Of a stretch of DNA of 64,000 bases, positions 58,525 to 64,000 are shown piece after piece. Location of the stretch: NCBI GenBank assembly GCA_034002585.1, contig JAVFAG010000001.1, positions 25,202 through 89,201 on the forward strand, in the 5' to 3' direction. Made by a program: the position numbers and the translations under genes. Position 1 is the stretch's first letter, and each line of letters begins with the position of its first letter. Below the pieces are notes generated by a model. It had not been told where the DNA came from, ran no database searches, and was given only the letters and a program-made list of their open reading frames with translations. The stretch comes from Paludibacter sp. GTDB lineage: Bacteria; Bacteroidota; Bacteroidia; Bacteroidales; Paludibacteraceae.

Positions 58525-59723
58525 CGAAGTTTGTGACGTAAAAAGTGAGGTCCGGCCACTATCCTGAAAATAAAATAAGAAAGTAGAATCAACAAACCGC
58601 CTACCCCAAAAGCCAGTGCCAGACCACCTTCCGAGTCACCCAGACTTCCTCCCAGAATGAGTCCGGCACCAATACCTATATCCCAACTGGTCATAAAGGT
58701 TGAACTGGCAGTTGCCCTGCGATTGTTGGGTGCAAGATTCATAAAAAGGGTATTGTAAGCAGGAAAGATTAATCCATATCCAGTGCCGAGAATTATCGGA
58801 ATAAGAAGGAAAAGTAGTTCAACAAGATCAGGATATGTTAAATAAAATCGCTGTAGTGAGGCCAGTAGCAACATACCGGCCACGCTAATTAGCAATCCAT
58901 ATTCGATGGCTCTGGTAAGTTGACCCTTATCGACCATTTTTCCGGAAAACAAACGAGATCCGATGAGTCCAACTGCCAACAGAGTGAAAAACAGTCCCAA
59001 ATCTGAACGAATACCCAATTCCAAACCGTATACTGCCAGATAGGTGATAAACATTCCATACGGAATACCTGTCAGCATAAGTGTAAAGCCAGCCTGTGTT
59101 CCTTTAATAAGAAAAAAACGATCGAGTGCCAGCGGGGCTTTTTCGCGGGCTACACTTACTTTCTCTACTTTAATCGTTGTTGCAAATACAAAACCGATAA
59201 GCCCTGTAGTAATAGCCAGGTAGAAAATCACAAGGTATCCATAGTGCGACTGGAGCATTAAACCAGTCATCGGACCAACCACCATTGCCAGGTTATTAGC
59301 AATACCAAAAAATCCCAATCCTTCGCCACGGCGCGATGCAGGAAGAATATCGACAATCAGGCTATTTCCGGCTGTGGTAACAAATCCAAATGCAAATCCA
59401 TGCAGAATGCGAAATACCATAAACATTCCCAGGGTAAGAGCAAGAGGATAACTCACAAACGTTACCACGAATACAAAAAAAGCGACCAGGTAAAGTGGTT
59501 TACGTTGCAGCATATCGAGTACAAACCCCGACATAGGCCGTATAAGCAACGCGGCAACGGTGTAGGAAGATAATACAATTCCTATCGTTGATTTTGTAGC
59601 TCCGAAAGTATCGATAAGGTACAATGGAAAAACAGGAATCAACAGGTAAAAGGCAAAAAACAAAAGGAAATTGGCCAGGCATGCTCTGATAAAATTAAAG
59701 GTCCACAAGCGTTCCATACTCAA
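58521..59723 (-). CDS. MFS transporter
   Basis: 12-TM pattern, RPMSGFVLD, RILHG, PASRRGEGLG, DIGIGAG. Confidence 0.9.
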   Translation of the reverse strand: MSMERLWTFNFIRACLANFLLFFAFYLLIPVFPLYLIDTFGATKSTIGIVLSSYTVAALLIRPMSGFVLDMLQRKPLYLVAFFVFVVTFVSYPLALTLGMFMVFRILHGFAFGFVTTAGNSLIVDILPASRRGEGLGFFGIANNLAMVVGPMTGLMLQSHYGYLVIFYLAITTGLIGFVFATTIKVEKVSVAREKAPLALDRFFLIKGTQAGFTLMLTGIPYGMFITYLAVYGLELGIRSDLGLFFTLLAVGLIGSRLFSGKMVDKGQLTRAIEYGLLISVAGMLLLASLQRFYLTYPDLVELLFLLIPIILGTGYGLIFPAYNTLFMNLAPNNRRATASSTFMTSWDIGIGAGLILGGSLGDSEGGLALAFGVGGLLILLSYFIFRIVAGPHFLRHKLR

Positions 59724-60517
59724 CCCATGTAGTTTGAAAGATTTGTCAGCAAAATATTCTTAATATATGGATTGGACGCCATGATGGTTCGACCGAACAG
59801 GTAATCGTTACCTCCCTTGAAATCGCAGACAATTCCGCCCGCTTCCTGTACCAACAAAGCACCGGCCGCCACATCCCAGGGTTTCAGATCATACTCCCAA
59901 AAAGCATCGAACCTGCCACAAGCCACATAGGCTAAATCCACGGCAGCCGATCCGATACGCCTCACTCCTCTTGAATTTCGCATTGTCCACTTCAAAAACT
60001 CGAGATAAGAATCGATGCGGTCGAATTCGGTATAAGGAAAGCCGGTAGCAAGCAGACAATGGTGCATATCTTCCTGGGTGGATACTGATAGTGGAGCATC
60101 GTTCAGAAAGGCTCCTCCCCCTTTCCATGCATAAAAACATTCCTGCTGACCTACCTCGTATACCACCCCTACAACCAGTTCCTTATTGCATACCAAAGCG
60201 ATACTCACTGAATAAACCGGAATACCCTGAATAAAATTGGTAGTACCGTCGAGTGGATCGATAATCCAGACATACTTCTCGTTAGAATAACCAGCTGTAC
60301 CTTCTTCCGCAATAAATCCAGCTTCCGGAAGAAGCTGTTTCAGCTCCTTAATAATCATCTTCTCAGCTTCTTTATCGACATAACTAACCAAATCGTGTAA
60401 GCCCTTGTATTCAATATGAGAAGCTGAGAAAACTTTCCTTTCCCGGGCAATAAAATTACCTGCCCGACGCGCCACTTCACATGTTTCCAAACAAATATCT
60501 TTAAAATTCACTTCCAT
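59720..60517 (-). CDS. suhB: Inositol monophosphatase family (SuhB)
   Basis: DLVSYVD, AEEG, WIIDPLDGTTNF, RRIGSAAVD, WDVAAG. Confidence 0.9.
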   Translation of the reverse strand: MEVNFKDICLETCEVARRAGNFIARERKVFSASHIEYKGLHDLVSYVDKEAEKMIIKELKQLLPEAGFIAEEGTAGYSNEKYVWIIDPLDGTTNFIQGIPVYSVSIALVCNKELVVGVVYEVGQQECFYAWKGGGAFLNDAPLSVSTQEDMHHCLLATGFPYTEFDRIDSYLEFLKWTMRNSRGVRRIGSAAVDLAYVACGRFDAFWEYDLKPWDVAAGALLVQEAGGIVCDFKGGNDYLFGRTIMASNPYIKNILLTNLSNYMG

Positions 60518-60590
60518 TTTTTAATGCTTAAAACGTGATTACCATACTCTTTTTGAGTTTAAGCTGGTATGTATTGTAAACCAGTTTATG

Positions 60591-61715
60591 TTAATTCAAA
60601 TGAAAACCCTGACTTTGCAACTCAGAAAATTTATAACTGATATACTTTTCCTCGTTGAGTGGATAATCCCAACATCCCAGACTATGAAACAGAGTACCTC
60701 CGAAACCGGTTTTGAATTTATACAATCCGTAAAGCGGATGCGAACGATCGGGCCCCGGAGCAACACCAAACATATCGTATTCGACACAGCCCTGCAACTT
60801 CGACTGACGAATTGCTTCCCATTGAAGTGCATAGGTGGCCATCAGGTTGCGATGCTCGGCTGAAGAAGCTCCGTACAGATATGAACCCCTTTTTCCGCTG
60901 ATAATCAGAAACATGGCTGCTAGTGGTTTTTTATTGTATTCGGCTATTAAAAGCTGAACTTCGGCAGGAGAACTGCTATTCTCAACCCGGGCTGTCAGTA
61001 TTGCTTCAAAATAGCGGAGGTCGTTCAATACTATCCGGTTACGGGATGCAGTTTCCCTATACAACTGGTACCATACTTCCAGACTTTCCATTCCGGCGGT
61101 ACGTACAGTTACACCCTTTTTCTCCGACAATCCAATGTTATAACGCGTTTTTGGCCGCATTCGTTTAAGAATATCGCTTAATGTAGGTTTTAAATCGATG
61201 TAAATTGTATTGGAAGGGAGAATATTGAACTGCGCTTTTCGGAAATTCCACTGCTGAGTGGAAAAATTGAACCGCATTTCCTGTGTATTCCTGGCAGGTT
61301 CTCCCAACCAGTGTCCATCCGAATCATAATATTCTTCACTCCGCGCCCAGTAGGACTCCCAACATAAGTCGTATCGAATAAGAATACAATTTATGGGCAG
61401 GTATGAACGCAGTGCTTCAGACAATTCTTCAAGAAATGCTCCCTGTAATTCTTCATCCGGCTCTGTTTCCGGGCCATAAGGGATATAGGCAATACAATCC
61501 TCTTTGTTCACAGGCTGCAACACTACCAATACATCCGAATCAAATTTCTCAGCACTATCGGTATTGGTATACAATCGGTTCTTCAACGAGCTGAAGTTAA
61601 CTGCCAGGGTTGTAGTCCCCAACCGTTTTTTCACCTCCGACCAGAAGGAAGTTTGTTGAACTATCGGTGTTTGAAACAACTCCTCTATATCTTTTATAAA
61701 TGTTTGTTGTACCAT
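60591..61715 (-). CDS. FemABX-family tRNA-dependent aminoacyl transferase (peptidoglycan bridge formation-like)
   Basis: QQTSFWSEVK, YIPYGP, KTRYNI..KKGV, YLYGAS, YALQWEAI, YDMFG, GLYKFKTGFGG. Confidence 0.85.
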   Translation of the reverse strand: MVQQTFIKDIEELFQTPIVQQTSFWSEVKKRLGTTTLAVNFSSLKNRLYTNTDSAEKFDSDVLVVLQPVNKEDCIAYIPYGPETEPDEELQGAFLEELSEALRSYLPINCILIRYDLCWESYWARSEEYYDSDGHWLGEPARNTQEMRFNFSTQQWNFRKAQFNILPSNTIYIDLKPTLSDILKRMRPKTRYNIGLSEKKGVTVRTAGMESLEVWYQLYRETASRNRIVLNDLRYFEAILTARVENSSSPAEVQLLIAEYNKKPLAAMFLIISGKRGSYLYGASSAEHRNLMATYALQWEAIRQSKLQGCVEYDMFGVAPGPDRSHPLYGLYKFKTGFGGTLFHSLGCWDYPLNEEKYISYKFSELQSQGFHLN

Positions 61716-61722
61716 ATTTTCT

Positions 61723-61756
61723 AAAAAAAAAGAAGCTTACGACGAAGCTTCTTTTG
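61723..61756 (-). terminator. Intrinsic terminator after valS
   Basis: aaaagaagctt-acgacg-aagcttctttt hairpin with a U-tract on the minus strand. Confidence 0.75.
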
Positions 61757-61778
61757 TAACTATCTACATTTGAAAACT

Positions 61779-64000
61779 TTATCGTAATGCTACAATGGCT
61801 TCACGGAGTGAGGCGATCTTACTTTCTGCATCAGCCAGTTTTTTACGTTCTGCATCAACTACTTCAGGCTTAGCGTTAGCAACGAATTTTTCATTACCCA
61901 GTTTCTTCATTACCGAACCGATAAATCCTTCGTAATACACAATCTCCGCTTCCATTTTTTTAATTTCCTCTTCAGGATTAATCAGCGATGCCATTGGAAT
62001 TGCAAATTCAGTTGTTCCTACCAGGAAAGATACAGAACCGGGTGCTTTTTCGTTCACCGGTTTTATTTCCGATAAATTGCCCAACTTAGCAATTATACTA
62101 TCGTACTCAGAAACATGTGATCCGAGAATATGAAGTTCCAGGCTTTCTTTCGTTGGAATATTTTTCTGCAGACGAATGGTACGCACACCGGCAATAATTT
62201 CCTTAGCAGTTGTAATTCCGGCAATCACTTCGTTATCAGTGGATTTTGCTTCAGGCTGAAGTTGTACCATCAAACTTTCGCCAGCAGTACGTTCCTGCAA
62301 AGCCTGCCACAATTCTTCAGTGATAAACGGCATAAACGGATGCAATACACGTAACAGCGAATCGAAGAATCCGAGCGTCGCTTCATAGCTTATTCTATCA
62401 ATGGGCTGCTGATAAGCTGGCTTAATCATTTCAAGATACCAGGATGAAAAATCATCCCAAAAGAGCTTATACACAGCCATCAATGCTTCCGAAAGACGAT
62501 ACTTACTGAAAAGATCGTCAATTTCGAGTAAAATCTCGTTGAAACGGGCTTCAAACCAACGTGTTGCTACTTTAGAAGCTTCAGGCTGTTCGATATCGGC
62601 GACTTCCCATCCTTTAACCAAACGGAAAGCGTTCCATATTTTGTTGTTAAAGTTACGACCCTGTTCACACAACGAATCATCGTAGGGCAAATCGTTACCA
62701 GCAGGTGATGTGAAAAGCATCCCAAGGCGTACCGCATCGGCACCATACTGAGCAATCAAATCCAACGGATCAGGAGAATTACCCAGCGATTTCGACATCT
62801 TACGACCCAGTTTATCGCGTACAATACCAGTCAGGTACACATTTTTAAAAGGAAGCTGACCTTCGTACTCATATCCGGCAATAATCATTCGGGCCACCCA
62901 AAAGAACAAAATTTCGGGAGCAGTAACCAAATCATCGGTGGGATAATAGTAATTAATATCTTCGTTATCTGGATTAGTGATGCCATCAAAAACGGATATC
63001 GGCCATAACCACGACGAGAACCAGGTATCAAGGCAATCCTCATCCTGACGTAAATCTTCGGGCTTCAACTCATACTTTACATTTTGGAGTGCCAGTTCAT
63101 ACGCTTCTTCCCGGGAGGAAGCTACCACAAAGCCTCCCTGCGGGAGAAAATACGCCGGAATACGATGTCCCCACCACAGCTGACGTGAAATACACCAGTC
63201 CTTCACATTTTCCATCCAGTGACGGTAGGTGTTTTTAAATTTTGCAGGATGCAGTTTGATTTCATCGTTCATTACCGCCTCCAGAGCTGGCTTGGCCAGT
63301 TGCTCCATTTTCAGGAACCACTGCATCGACAATTTAGGTTCGATAATCACATCAGTTCGTTCCGAGAATCCTACTTTATTGGTGTACGCTTCTGTTTTTT
63401 CAATCAGGCCGGCGGCTTCGAGATCTTTTTCGATTAGCTTACGCACCTCAAAACGATCCATGCCTGCATACATCGCACCGTTTTCGTTGAGTGTACCGTC
63501 GTTATTGAAAATATCGATGGCAGGTAGATTGTATTTTTCTCCGAGAATATAGTCGTTGACATCGTGAGCGGGAGTTACTTTCAAACAACCCGTACCAAAT
63601 TCAATGTCCACATAGTCATCTTCAATCACCGGAATAGCCCTGTTAATGAGCGGAACCAGTACTTTTTTACCTTTAAGATGCTCATTCTTCGGATCGTTAG
63701 GATGAATACACATGGCAGTATCGCCCATGATGGTTTCGGGCCGGGTAGTAGCTACCACAGCATACCCTTCCTCACCTTCGATGCGATAGCGCAGATAATA
63801 TAACTTACCAGCTTGTTCCTTGTAAATCACTTCTTCATCGGAAAGAGCTGTAAGCGCTTTCGGATCCCAGTTTACCATACGAACTCCCCGGTAAATCAAT
63901 CCTTTATTATACAAATCGATAAATACCCTGATAACACTTTCGGAGCGTGGCTCATCCATGGTGAAAGCGGTACGGTCCCAATCGCAGGAAGCACCCAGTT
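61779..64000 (-). CDS. valS: Valine--tRNA ligase (3' part; start lies beyond the window)
   Basis: Frame open to the window edge ([16 protein letters not shown]); [30 protein letters not shown]-terminal coiled coil. Confidence 0.97.
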   Translation of the reverse strand, partial: LGASCDWDRTAFTMDEPRSESVIRVFIDLYNKGLIYRGVRMVNWDPKALTALSDEEVIYKEQAGKLYYLRYRIEGEEGYAVVATTRPETIMGDTAMCIHPNDPKNEHLKGKKVLVPLINRAIPVIEDDYVDIEFGTGCLKVTPAHDVNDYILGEKYNLPAIDIFNNDGTLNENGAMYAGMDRFEVRKLIEKDLEAAGLIEKTEAYTNKVGFSERTDVIIEPKLSMQWFLKMEQLAKPALEAVMNDEIKLHPAKFKNTYRHWMENVKDWCISRQLWWGHRIPAYFLPQGGFVVASSREEAYELALQNVKYELKPEDLRQDEDCLDTWFSSWLWPISVFDGITNPDNEDINYYYPTDDLVTAPEILFFWVARMIIAGYEYEGQLPFKNVYLTGIVRDKLGRKMSKSLGNSPDPLDLIAQYGADAVRLGMLFTSPAGNDLPYDDSLCEQGRNFNNKIWNAFRLVKGWEVADIEQPEASKVATRWFEARFNEILLEIDDLFSKYRLSEALMAVYKLFWDDFSSWYLEMIKPAYQQPIDRISYEATLGFFDSLLRVLHPFMPFITEELWQALQERTAGESLMVQLQPEAKSTDNEVIAGITTAKEIIAGVRTIRLQKNIPTKESLELHILGSHVSEYDSIIAKLGNLSEIKPVNEKAPGSVSFLVGTTEFAIPMASLINPEEEIKKMEAEIVYYEGFIGSVMKKLGNEKFVANAKPEVVDAERKKLADAESKIASLREAIVALR

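Noticed and set aside
57736-60517. Functional link between GGGP synthase and inositol monophosphatase (archaeal-type inositol lipid)
   Set aside because: The genes are in convergent, separate units, and SuhB is a common housekeeping gene; nothing supports the link beyond proximity.
61765-61772. Plus-strand TACATTTG box that could drive an antisense RNA into valS
   Set aside because: No properly spaced -33 TTTG; an isolated 8-mer is expected by chance in AT-rich DNA.
1-64000. CRISPR arrays, prophage, IS elements, recoded stop codons or frameshifted genes
   Set aside because: No repeat-spacer periodicity, phage or transposase ORFs were seen, and all recognised genes read through intact with the standard code.

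Overview
Core-chromosome segment of an anaerobic Bacteroidota bacterium (Bacteroidales, Paludibacter-like by inference). The assignment rests on many TAnnTTTG promoter boxes, A-rich ribosome-binding regions without Shine-Dalgarno, and T9SS genes. In order: nqrCBA; T9SS plug, radical SAM protein, cysteine desulfidase-like protein; lipoprotein serpin; tRNA-Arg(CCG); MscS; M28 peptidase; a ~16 kb block of four soluble phosphorelay proteins joined to a Wzx/Wzy polysaccharide locus; C10 cysteine protease plus small lipoprotein; GT3 glycogen synthase and glgP; tgt-hisH-panD-panC; truncated GlgA-like protein plus DUF4270 lipoprotein; rpsA, pyrG, yidC; nuclease; orphan lutA; LTD-CotH-T9SS protein; porT; a small ferredoxin missed by the ORF track; USP; gldE-PPTase-GGGP synthase; MFS, suhB, FemABX-like protein; partial valS. 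No CRISPR array, prophage, integrase or IS element was seen. The best candidate for an undescribed system is the signalling/polysaccharide block (11146-27512). It has no DNA-binding output, a priming glycosyltransferase with a pseudo-receiver domain, a half-size TolC-like protein where an OPX/Wza exporter is expected, and a degenerate PRTase. Smaller oddities include a compensatory U19-A56 pair in the tRNA, heptamer repeats at both ends of mscS, a LacI-type operator before glgP, and an archaeal-type group II GGGP synthase. All family calls come from motif recognition by eye; no database searches were run.
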